A stretch of 64,000 bases of DNA, from assembly GCA_934271065.1 (NCBI GenBank), contig CAKQQQ010000004.1:90308-154307 (forward strand), read 5' to 3'. Numbering within the stretch: position 1 is the first letter of the stretch; each line of letters begins with the position of its first letter. The notes beneath the pieces are model-generated. The model saw only the letters and a program-made list of their open reading frames with translations, was not told where the DNA came from and ran no database searches. The stretch comes from an uncultured Clostridia bacterium. Its GTDB lineage: Bacteria; Bacillota; Clostridia; Christensenellales; Borkfalkiaceae. Both the position numbers and the translations under genes were made by a program. Below are positions 42,686 to 50,938 of the stretch, piece after piece.

Positions 42686-43296
42686 ACGACCTTTACAAAC
42701 CGTTCGGCTTGGACTCGTCGGCTACCGACGAAGAGTTGGACGCAAAGTACAACGAACTCAAAGCGAAATACTCCGAAGACAGATTTCTGGAAGGCGAAAA
42801 GGGCAACGCGGCGGCTGAAAAACTTACCGAACTCGAAGCGGCTTATTCCGAACTGAAATCTCTGCGTCGCGAACAGGAATCTTCCCAGCAGACCGACGGC
42901 GGTGTTTTCAAGGATATAGAAGCCCTGATAAGAGACGGCAAACTCGGCGACGCGCAGGACAAACTCGACGCCTTAAACGAGCGCGGCGCGGAATGGCACT
43001 ATCTGCAATCGGTGTTGTTTTATAAGAAAAACTGGCTTAACGACAGTAAAAAACAACTCGAAATAGCGATGGAAGCAGATCCGAACAACGCGAAGTATAA
43101 AACGTCTTACGAAAAACTCGTTAAAAAAATCGAACACGATTCCGATAAGAATTTTACGAGTTATTCTACCGGTCGCGACGCGAAACCCGATTACGATTCC
43201 GAACCGTCGCAGATGGGCGGCAACGCCTGTCTCGAATGGTGTTGCGAAATGGCGATTTGTAATATGGCGCTTAACTGCTGCTGTAATTGCAGATAA
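42682..43296 (+). CDS. Protein with a degenerate J-domain (HPD replaced by SED), a TPR-like middle region and a Cys-rich hydrophobic C-terminal tail
   Basis: LYKPFGLDSSATDEELDAKYNELKAKYSEDRF matches J-domain helices II-III without the HPD motif. The C-terminus NACLEWCCEMAICNMALNCCCNCR has 9 Cys in 24 residues. ATGA overlap with the upstream gene. Confidence 0.55.
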   Translation: MNDLYKPFGLDSSATDEELDAKYNELKAKYSEDRFLEGEKGNAAAEKLTELEAAYSELKSLRREQESSQQTDGGVFKDIEALIRDGKLGDAQDKLDALNERGAEWHYLQSVLFYKKNWLNDSKKQLEIAMEADPNNAKYKTSYEKLVKKIEHDSDKNFTSYSTGRDAKPDYDSEPSQMGGNACLEWCCEMAICNMALNCCCNCR

Positions 43297-43829
43297 TGAA
43301 AGACTCTAAAATAATCGCGTTGTCGGCGGTGGCGACGGCTCTCGCGGTCGTCTCGCTGATAGTCGGCGCGTACGTTCCGGTATTCGAATATTCCGCGCTG
43401 TTCATCGCGAGTTTATGCACGATGATACCCTTGGCGAAAAACAGCGTCAGGGGCGCAGTATTGTCGTTTATCGCGACGTGTATTTTATCGGCGTTCACGG
43501 CGGTCGTTTCCACGCCCGCGTCCATAATATTCTACGCCGTGTTTTTCGGCTTGCACCCGACGGTCAACTACGTTATGCGCGAGAAACGCTTTAATAAATT
43601 TTTCGGCGTGCTGATAAAAGCGGCGTGGTTCGTAGGCGCGATTTTGCTGATATATTTTACCTTCGGCGAGTTCTTTACCGAAGGCACGATTTTTGAAAGA
43701 AAAGAAATCAAAAAGTATACGTTGCTTATACTTACGGTCGGCGGAGCGTTGCTTTTCGTCGTGTACGACCTGCTTATGAACAGATTTCAGAAGTTCGTCG
43801 ACTATACCGTGCAAAGATTGAAATTATAA
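43296..43829 (+). CDS. Polytopic membrane protein with 5-6 TM helices, function unknown
   Basis: Hydrophobic segments throughout and a TAATG overlap with the upstream gene. Confidence 0.55.
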   Translation: MKDSKIIALSAVATALAVVSLIVGAYVPVFEYSALFIASLCTMIPLAKNSVRGAVLSFIATCILSAFTAVVSTPASIIFYAVFFGLHPTVNYVMREKRFNKFFGVLIKAAWFVGAILLIYFTFGEFFTEGTIFERKEIKKYTLLILTVGGALLFVVYDLLMNRFQKFVDYTVQRLKL

Positions 43830-43897
43830 ACCCGAACGTAGCCGCTACATCGGGGTTTTAAGGGGAAGCCGACGCGTCGGCGACTAGTTATTACACA

Positions 43898-45301
43898 ATG
43901 GTAAAAAACAAGGATTACGTCGGGGTGGTATCCCGACTCGGCTCGAACGGAGAAGGAATAGTAAGAACGGAAGACTGTACTATATTCGTTCCGTACGCGT
44001 TGCCGCAAGAAAAAATCAGGTATAAGGTACTTAAAGTCAAAAAGAACGTGGCGTTCGGCAAGGTTATAGAAGTCTGTACGCCCGCGGAGGAGCGTATACG
44101 CCCCAAATGCCCCGTTTACGAAAAATGCGGCGGTTGTCAATTACAGCACTTAAAGTACAAACTTCAACTCAAACTCAAAAGCCAGATAGTAAAAGACTGC
44201 TTTTCCAAAATCGCGTTTATTGACGCAGACGTTCCGCTTGCCGTCAGAAGCGAACTCGAATACGGGTACAGAAACAAACTTCAATTACCCGTCAGAGACA
44301 GCGAATTCGGGTGCGTTATCGGCTTTTTTGCGCAGAACAGCCACAGAGTAGTGCCTATAAACGGCTGCCCGATTCAGCCCGAATGGTGCAACCGCATAAT
44401 CGCCACGATAAAGGAGTACGTTCAGAAATATTCCGTACCCGTTTATAGCGACGAAACCCGCGCGGGGCTTATAAAACACGTCGTCGTGCGAGACGTGGAC
44501 GGAAGACTGCTCGTTACGATAGTCGTCAACGGAAAAGAACTTCCGCACTCGGACGCGCTCATCGAATTGCTTAAAGCCAACTTCAAACAATTCAGCCTGT
44601 TTCTCAACGTCAACGAGCGTAACGATAACGTCATACTTACCGACGAATACGTTTGCCTGTACGGGCGTAAAAACGTCGCGAGCAGCGATCTCGGCATTAA
44701 ATTCGAGATAGGTCCGGGTTCGTTTATGCAGGTCAACGACGGCGTACGCCGAAAGATTTATCAGGACGCCGTAAAAGCCGCCGAAATAACGCCCGATACG
44801 ACGGTTATCGACGCTTACAGCGGCGCGGGAATGCTTACCGCGATATTCGCTTCCAAAGCAAAAAAAGCGATAGGCATAGAGATAGTTAAAGAAGCCGTAG
44901 AGTGCGCGGACGACCTTAAAAGGCGTAACGGGCTCGACGGAAAAATGGAAAACGTCAACGCCGCCTGCGAAAACGCGTTGCCCGAAATATTAAAAAAGGC
45001 GAGAGCCGACGGCGGAGACTGCGTTCTTGTACTCGATCCGCCGCGACAGGGTGTGGACGAAAAACTTATCGCCGCCGTCAACGAGACGCTTCCCGACAGA
45101 ATATTATACGTATCGTGTTCGCCGCAAACGCTTGCGCGCGACGTCGGGCTGCTTACGGGTACGCTCGTCCGCGACGGAGAAAAACTCGTCAAAGGCGACG
45201 GCAAGGGTAATTACGAATTGGTTTCGTTACAGCCCTACGATATGTTTCCGCAGACCAAGCACATCGAAACGTTGGTGGTATTATCCCACAAAAAAACCTG
45301 A
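43898..45301 (+). CDS. rlmD: 23S rRNA (uracil-C5)-methyltransferase RlmD/RumA
   Basis: N-terminal TRAM domain, a 4-Cys cluster (C..C..C..C, with CPVYEKCGGCQLQH), and a SAM-dependent MTase domain with the VLDPPRQG motif. Confidence 0.85.
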   Translation: MVKNKDYVGVVSRLGSNGEGIVRTEDCTIFVPYALPQEKIRYKVLKVKKNVAFGKVIEVCTPAEERIRPKCPVYEKCGGCQLQHLKYKLQLKLKSQIVKDCFSKIAFIDADVPLAVRSELEYGYRNKLQLPVRDSEFGCVIGFFAQNSHRVVPINGCPIQPEWCNRIIATIKEYVQKYSVPVYSDETRAGLIKHVVVRDVDGRLLVTIVVNGKELPHSDALIELLKANFKQFSLFLNVNERNDNVILTDEYVCLYGRKNVASSDLGIKFEIGPGSFMQVNDGVRRKIYQDAVKAAEITPDTTVIDAYSGAGMLTAIFASKAKKAIGIEIVKEAVECADDLKRRNGLDGKMENVNAACENALPEILKKARADGGDCVLVLDPPRQGVDEKLIAAVNETLPDRILYVSCSPQTLARDVGLLTGTLVRDGEKLVKGDGKGNYELVSLQPYDMFPQTKHIETLVVLSHKKT

Positions 45302-45314
45302 TTCTCATCTTGAA

Positions 45315-45605
45315 GTGAAAATCGATTTTGATAATACTGCGCTTGATAAAACGGCGATTGCGGAACGAGCGGAAAAAAGAAAACCGCAGGAAAAGACGAC
45401 ATATAAAAAGATTCAGGAATGGATTGAAGAGAATTACGGTTTCAAGGTGCATACAGCATATGTTGCTGAAGTAAAGCGCGAACTCGGCTTGCCGATGTAC
45501 GATGCACCGAACGCTGTGGACGAACTGAAACGTCCGCGTTCACATCCAACAGCCGAAATGATAGAAGCGATAAAAGACTCCCTTAAACATTTCGAGATAA
45601 TTTAA
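45315..45605 (+). pseudogene. Short foreign-looking ORF, or the C-terminal remnant of a gene, at the left edge of an AT-rich island. The only candidate start is a GTG without an RBS.
   Basis: Codon usage and AT content differ from the flanks, the reading frame continues from inside rlmD, and no ATG start with an SD is present. Confidence 0.3.
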
Positions 45606-45665
45606 TAAGAATTAAGGAACTTGGAACTTGTGTCTGAGTTCTTTTTCTTTGCGTATCGGTTTCGA

Positions 45666-45694
45666 TTGAAAAAATCCGTTAAATATCGTATAAT
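45666..45694 (+). promoter_or_regulatory. Consensus promoter TTGAAA, 17-nt spacer, TATAAT inside the AT-rich island. It is followed by a strong RBS (AAGGAGAG, 45701-45708) and an ATG at 45715.
   Basis: Hexamers at 45666-45671 and 45689-45694. Confidence 0.55.
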
Positions 45695-45803
45695 AGTGGC
45701 AAGGAGAGATTCAAATGGAAATCAAGGGCTACCATATTATTTCGTTAGAAGCGAAAGATATATACGAACAAGAATTGAAAAACGGCGTGGAGAAAGGGTA
45801 TGT

Positions 45804-46979
45804 ATGTATTGTTTTTTTGACATAGAGTGCGCAAATTGCTTTAATGACAACAATGGCGTTTCTCGTGGTAAGATTTGTGAGTTTGGGTATTTAATTACGG
45901 ATGAGAACTTTAATAAAATTGAATCTGCTGAATATATAATTAATCCCAAAGCACCTTTTGATGAATACGTGTTGAACAACATGTTGGCGTATCCTAAACA
46001 AGTATATTTATCAGCGCAAGATTATAACACTTTCTATGATAAGATAAAACGACTTTTTGAACTCGACGATGTTATATTTATTGGACATACGATAGATACT
46101 GACGCTAAATATTTAAATGACGAGGCGTTACGATATAAAAAAACTTATTTTAATTATAAGTTTTATGATGCAAAGTATATGTATTCCGATTATTCAAACA
46201 TCAAAAAAAGTGTCGGTTTGGAAAAAATAAGCCAGACATTTGGAAATAAAACACGTCATCATGAACATCGTGCAGAAGATGATGCTTTTACAACAATGCT
46301 TATAGTAAAAGAGATGTGCGAAAAATTAGATATGGATTTAATGTCGCTTATAGAGCTTTCTGAAGATTGTGCAGGACAAACGAAAGATGGTAAAATTACA
46401 ACCATAGCGCGAGAAAAAGCACAAGCTAAAAGGGAAGAACGTGAAAGAAACGGAACAGACCATTCTAATAGTTTATATAGCGATAATTACATTAAATTTA
46501 TGCAGTTCTTAGATGGTGTAAAAAGACAAGGAGAAATTATCCCTAGTGTGTTAAATGGAAAAAGTTTGACAATTACACTTAATTATCAAAACGTGCATTA
46601 TAAAGAAATGCTTGCGCTTATTCAATTGCTGAAAAATCACGATTGCATATACAAATTAAAAGCTTCGGAATGCGATTATATGGTAACGAAAGTTGTTCTA
46701 AATGACGACGGAAGTGAAAGAGTGTGTTCAAAATTGAAATATGTAAATCAAGCAATAGAAAACGGTAAGAAAATTAATATAATATCTTTTGATGAATTGT
46801 TAGGAATATTAAAAGTGACAGAATATCAATTATCTCAAATGCCGTTCCCGGACGAAAGCTCTTTTCTTAAAAAAGAGAAAGAACGGAAGTTAAAAAAAGA
46901 TAAAATAAGATATTCAAGTGAAGAAGATATTACTACAACAATAGGAGATATCTTAAAGGCAAAGGGTATAACAATTTAA
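45804..46979 (+). CDS. DnaQ-like DEDDh 3'-5' exonuclease domain protein with a C-terminal BRCT-like domain. The true start may be 45715 via a frameshift in a T7 tract.
   Basis: Exo I FFDIE, Exo II IGHTIDTD, Exo III HEHRAEDDA. The C-terminal segment LNGKSLTITLNY...IYKLKASECDYMVT has a BRCT-like pattern. It sits in a low-GC island. Confidence 0.65.
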   Translation: MYCFFDIECANCFNDNNGVSRGKICEFGYLITDENFNKIESAEYIINPKAPFDEYVLNNMLAYPKQVYLSAQDYNTFYDKIKRLFELDDVIFIGHTIDTDAKYLNDEALRYKKTYFNYKFYDAKYMYSDYSNIKKSVGLEKISQTFGNKTRHHEHRAEDDAFTTMLIVKEMCEKLDMDLMSLIELSEDCAGQTKDGKITTIAREKAQAKREERERNGTDHSNSLYSDNYIKFMQFLDGVKRQGEIIPSVLNGKSLTITLNYQNVHYKEMLALIQLLKNHDCIYKLKASECDYMVTKVVLNDDGSERVCSKLKYVNQAIENGKKINIISFDELLGILKVTEYQLSQMPFPDESSFLKKEKERKLKKDKIRYSSEEDITTTIGDILKAKGITI

Positions 46980-47211
46980 TAAAATTCAACAATTAAGACT
47001 ATGAGCAAGAGCAAAAGAATTTACTTATGTATTTTATAAAGGAAATCAATCTCAATTCGCATTGGGAAAAGAAATCACCATTAAAATCAATCGAATTTAA
47101 CTTTCCAATATATGAAGATAGTGATGAGACTGTTTTTATGTGTAAAGAAAAAGCAGCGTTGAGACGCTTGCGACGCTTAAAAAACGCCTGCGGTAATAAA
47201 AACGGTTTAAC

Positions 47212-47240
47212 GCCGAAGGCGAACGCCTTCGGCTTTTTGC
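47212..47240 (+). terminator. Rho-independent terminator at the right edge of the AT-rich island
   Basis: GCCGAAGGCG-aac-GCCTTCGGC followed by TTTTT. Confidence 0.6.
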
Positions 47241-47385
47241 TACGCAAAAAGAAAACCCGCCGCTAATATTATCGGCGGCGCGGAGATACGATATTACGAC
47301 AATTTATTAAACGGTGTTGATTTTTAGACAATGATTATTATTGTGTATTGCAACCGTTTTTAAGGCGTGCTAAAATAAAGTCGCT

Positions 47386-48069
47386 ATGGGAAACGCGGAA
47401 TTAGTCAAAAGAGTCGACGCGCCCGTCGTTGAAGAGACCGTCGACAAGAACAACAAAATAGGGTTTGCGGAGTACGTATTTATATATCTGCTCGGCGGAA
47501 TAGTGGGCAGCGTTCACGAAACGCTTCTGAATCTGGTTAAAGGCAAGGGCTTCGTATTTTGCAACGGAAGCATTATCACGCCATTTAATTTCGTTTACGG
47601 TGCGGGCGCGGTGTTTATAATAATGCTGTTGCACAATAAGAAAAAGTTTTACGAAGTGTACGTTATAGGCGCGCTCGGCGGCGGAATAATGGAGTACGTT
47701 CTGTCGTTTTTAGGCGAAAAGATACTCGGCGCGGTGTTCTGGGATTATTCTTCGTTGCCGCTGAATATCAACGGCAGAACGACTATACCGATAATGCTGT
47801 TCTGGGGGCTGTTGTGCGCCGCCGTCATCTTCGGGATATATCGTCCGCTCGATAAAACGCTTAAAAAAATCCCGCCTAAAATCGCGCTTACGGTAGCAAT
47901 CGTCGCTACGGTTATAGTGGTTTTCGATTTGTCGCTGGTAATGCTGGCGGTGTTCCGTTACGGTCGGCGCGCCGCAGGCGCGGAAGCGATAACTTTCCTG
48001 GGCAGGTTTGCCGATAAGTTTTTCAACGACGCGTTTATGTCGGTAAGGTTTCCGACGATAAAATTTTAA
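47386..48069 (+). CDS. Polytopic membrane protein (possibly the ABC_trans_CmpB/'ABC-transporter type IV' family)
   Basis: About 6 TM helices. Promoter TTGCAA, 17-nt spacer, TAAAAT (47348-47376) lies 9 nt before the ATG and there is no SD. Confidence 0.5.
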   Translation: MGNAELVKRVDAPVVEETVDKNNKIGFAEYVFIYLLGGIVGSVHETLLNLVKGKGFVFCNGSIITPFNFVYGAGAVFIIMLLHNKKKFYEVYVIGALGGGIMEYVLSFLGEKILGAVFWDYSSLPLNINGRTTIPIMLFWGLLCAAVIFGIYRPLDKTLKKIPPKIALTVAIVATVIVVFDLSLVMLAVFRYGRRAAGAEAITFLGRFADKFFNDAFMSVRFPTIKF

Positions 48070-48103
48070 CTTAAAGCGTAAATATATATAGCCACAGGTG
48101 GAT

Positions 48104-48143
48104 AGCCGCGGCTAAGAGAAAACTCTTAGCCGCGGCAATTTTT
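48104..48143. terminator. Bidirectional terminator between the membrane-protein gene and malQ
   Basis: AGCCGCGGCTAAGAG-aaaa-CTCTTAGCCGCGGC followed by AATTTTTT. It is preceded by an AGCCACAGGTG motif. Confidence 0.7.
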
Positions 48144-49591
48144 TAACCGTTATTTTTTTCTGTATATTCGCCGTAATCCTTTGCGAATAACTCTTTTTTA
48201 TATCTGACCACCCAGTTGCCGAGCGTCGACGGTTCGTTTATTCTGTACGCCGAGCCGAGCAGGGCGCAGTCGGCGAACGACAGCACCACTATATCCGATT
48301 TGACCGTTTCGGTAAGGCGTATCATCGCGCGCGCGATCTTTTTATTGCTCGTAAGCGACGACGGGCGGATATTCAGTCGCTTGCCTATTTCGCGTTTCAG
48401 TCGGGCTTTGGCGGATTCGTCAAGCGACGATATATACCCGACGGCGGTGTCGTTGTCGTGCGTACCGACGTAACATACGCTGCGCCGCCCGATATTTTCC
48501 GGCAGGTACGGATTGTTTTCGTTGCCGTCGAACGCGAACGCGAGAACTTTCATTCCGCGTAGCCCCGTCTCTTTCAGCAACTCTCTCACTCCGTCGTCGA
48601 TAACGCCTAAATCTTCGGCTATAAGACGGTTTTTCGGCATTCCTTTCAGAATTTCTCTGCCGTACGCCTTTTCCCATTCCCCGTCTATGGGTTTTTTGCC
48701 GTAAGGAATAGCCCAGTAGCGGTCAAGCCCGCGGAAGTGGTCGACGCGCAGATAGTCGTAACGCGACAGCGCGAATCGCAGTCTGCGTTTCCACCACTTG
48801 AAACCGTCATTTTTCATACGCTCGTAGTCGTAGAGCGGGTTGCCCCAAAGTTGCCCGTCCGCGCTGAAATAATCGGGCGGAACGCCCGCGACCTTTTCGG
48901 GGTTAAGGTTTTCGTCAAGCAGGAATTGCGACGGGTTTTGCCAGACTTCCACGCTGTCCGCCGCGACGTAAAGCGGCAGGTCGCCGAGCAGTTTAATACC
49001 GTTTTTTGCGGCGTAAGCGCGCAGTTTCGAAAACTGATTACCGAGCGTGAATTGTATAAATTCGTAGAACAGAATATCGTCGGCGTAAATTTCGGAATAC
49101 TTTTTCATCGCCGATTTTTTCCGCCGTCTTACGTCTTCGGGGAAGTTTTTAAGTTCGCCGTATTCGTTTTTAAGACAGGTAAACAGGGCGTAATCGAAAA
49201 ACTCGCCGTCGTTGACGAACGACAGAAACTCGTCGGTAAAGTTAAAGCGCGCGTACGCCTTTTTAAGCAGCGCGTAACGCCTGCGGTAGAGTTCGCCGTA
49301 GTTGATTTTAGTCACTTTGCGTTTTTCCGCGTCGAGTTCCGCGTCGGTTATAAGCCCTTTGTCGCGCAGGTCTTCGAGATCGCAAAAATAAGGGTTAAAA
49401 GACTTGTCCGACGTGGTCTGATACGGGCTGTCGCCGAACGAAGTCTGTCCGAGCGGCAGAGTTTGCCATATGGTAAAGCCGGTTTTTACCAGAAAATCGA
49501 TAAAATCGTAACTTTCTTTGCCGAAAGTGCCTATTCCGTAATCCCCCGGCAGAGAGAAGACGGGCATTAAAATTCCGTAATTCTTTTTCAT
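48143..49591 (-). CDS. malQ: 4-alpha-glucanotransferase (amylomaltase, GH77)
   Basis: N-terminus GILMPVFSLPGDYGIGTFG, with GH77 collinearity and length. Confidence 0.85.
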   Translation of the reverse strand: MKKNYGILMPVFSLPGDYGIGTFGKESYDFIDFLVKTGFTIWQTLPLGQTSFGDSPYQTTSDKSFNPYFCDLEDLRDKGLITDAELDAEKRKVTKINYGELYRRRYALLKKAYARFNFTDEFLSFVNDGEFFDYALFTCLKNEYGELKNFPEDVRRRKKSAMKKYSEIYADDILFYEFIQFTLGNQFSKLRAYAAKNGIKLLGDLPLYVAADSVEVWQNPSQFLLDENLNPEKVAGVPPDYFSADGQLWGNPLYDYERMKNDGFKWWKRRLRFALSRYDYLRVDHFRGLDRYWAIPYGKKPIDGEWEKAYGREILKGMPKNRLIAEDLGVIDDGVRELLKETGLRGMKVLAFAFDGNENNPYLPENIGRRSVCYVGTHDNDTAVGYISSLDESAKARLKREIGKRLNIRPSSLTSNKKIARAMIRLTETVKSDIVVLSFADCALLGSAYRINEPSTLGNWVVRYKKELFAKDYGEYTEKNNG

Positions 49592-49599
49592 AAGCAAAA

Positions 49600-49834
49600 C
49601 CTTGCGCAAAGCGGCGTAACGCCGCCTTGCGAATTTGTCGTAAACCGTTCGCGTAGCGCGCCGCTACCTTGCGAATCTGTCGTAAACCGTCGGCGTAGCG
49701 TAACGCCGCCTTGCGAATTTGTCGTAAACCATTCGCGTAGTGCGCCGCTACCTTGCGAATCTGTCGTAAACCGTTCGCGTAGCGCGCCGCTACCTTGCGA
49801 ATCTGTCGTAAAACGTCAGCGCGTCGGTACGCGT
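49600..49834. repeat. Tandem array of a 42-bp unit: four full copies, a diverged fifth copy that encodes the dapL C-terminus, and a partial copy abutting the malQ start
   Basis: Units begin at 49625, 49667, 49709, 49751 and 49793 and all start with CCTTGCGAAT(T/C)TGTCGTAAA. A partial unit at 49600-49624 also starts with CCTTGCG. Units are 90-100% identical to one another. Confidence 0.8.
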
Positions 49835-50938
49835 GCAGAACGCCGAAAATCTGACGAAACCTTCTCCGCCCGATAAAAAGCCGTTGCCGGGCGTGGCGAC
49901 CACGCCGTATTTTTCAAGTAGTTCGTCGCAGAACGCTTCCGAGCCTTGCCCGTCGGGGCAGGACGAAAAGACGTACGGCGAAGACCTGCCGTTATTATAC
50001 CACAAATTCGCCGTTTTCAAAGCGTTTTTAATAACGTCGGCGTTAGTTTTATAAAAATCTATGCGAATTTTCAGCCGCGCCTGCACGTCTTCGTCGAAAA
50101 AGGTCTCCGCGCCGCGTTGCGAAACGTATGATACACCGTTGGTGTTCACGCCCGAAACGCGCTTTGCCGCGTCGTATAATCTCCCCGTTTTTTTCGGCAC
50201 GACGGTGTAACCGCACCTTACGCCCGTAAAACCGAGCGATTTTGAAAACGAGTTGATTTCTATCGCGCATTCGTCGGCGCGCGGAATTTCGTATACGCTT
50301 TTCGGCTCGTCGGCGGCGGCGAACGCCGAGTACGCCGCGTCGAAAATTATAACCGCACCGATTTTAATCGCGTAGTCCACCCATTCGGCAATCAACTCGC
50401 GGCTCATCACGCTTCCGCAGGGGTTCGACGGCGAGCATAAATATATAAGGTCAAAGGTCTTATCGCGCGGCGGAAAGGGTAGAAAACCGCTCTGTAAGTC
50501 GGTTTTCAGGTAATAGACGGAATTGCCGAGCAATACGTTCGCTTCCGCGCCCGCAGGGTACGACGGGGTGGGAAAGCACACTTTCGCGCCGCGCGCGAAA
50601 AGCCGCGCCGCGCCGCCGAGTTCGCCTTTCGCGCCGTCGGTTACGAATATTTCGTCGGGAGCGATTTTTCCGCCGTAGACGAATCGCGATATTTTTTCGC
50701 GTAGAAATGCGTAACCTTCGCTCGGCGGATACCCCCTGAAAGTTCTGCCGTCGCCCAACTCGTCGCAGGCGGTTTTCATCGCCGCTATAGTTTTTTCAAA
50801 CAAGGGAAGTCTGACGTCGCCCACGCCGAGATCCACGGGGCGAATCCCCGTTTTTTCGTAAAACGCCGCGACCTTTTTTTTCAGCGCGGTAAAAACGTAG
50901 TTTTCGGGCAGGGCGGTCACGTTTTCGTTGATATTCAT
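49790..50938 (-). CDS. dapL: LL-diaminopimelate aminotransferase
   Basis: Has the PLP-lysine motif SFSKSLGFTGVRCGYTVVP and a DapL-type N-terminus. Confidence 0.75.
   Translation of the reverse strand: MNINENVTALPENYVFTALKKKVAAFYEKTGIRPVDLGVGDVRLPLFEKTIAAMKTACDELGDGRTFRGYPPSEGYAFLREKISRFVYGGKIAPDEIFVTDGAKGELGGAARLFARGAKVCFPTPSYPAGAEANVLLGNSVYYLKTDLQSGFLPFPPRDKTFDLIYLCSPSNPCGSVMSRELIAEWVDYAIKIGAVIIFDAAYSAFAAADEPKSVYEIPRADECAIEINSFSKSLGFTGVRCGYTVVPKKTGRLYDAAKRVSGVNTNGVSYVSQRGAETFFDEDVQARLKIRIDFYKTNADVIKNALKTANLWYNNGRSSPYVFSSCPDGQGSEAFCDELLEKYGVVATPGNGFLSGGEGFVRFSAFCTRTDALTFYDRFAR

Noticed and set aside
47027-47266. 79-aa ORF at the end of the AT-rich island
   Set aside because: It has no RBS, is Lys/Arg-rich low complexity, and overlaps the terminator hairpins.
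49600-49834. Possible CRISPR array
   Set aside because: The repeats are directly tandem with no intervening unique spacers and derive from the dapL 3' end, so this is not a CRISPR array.
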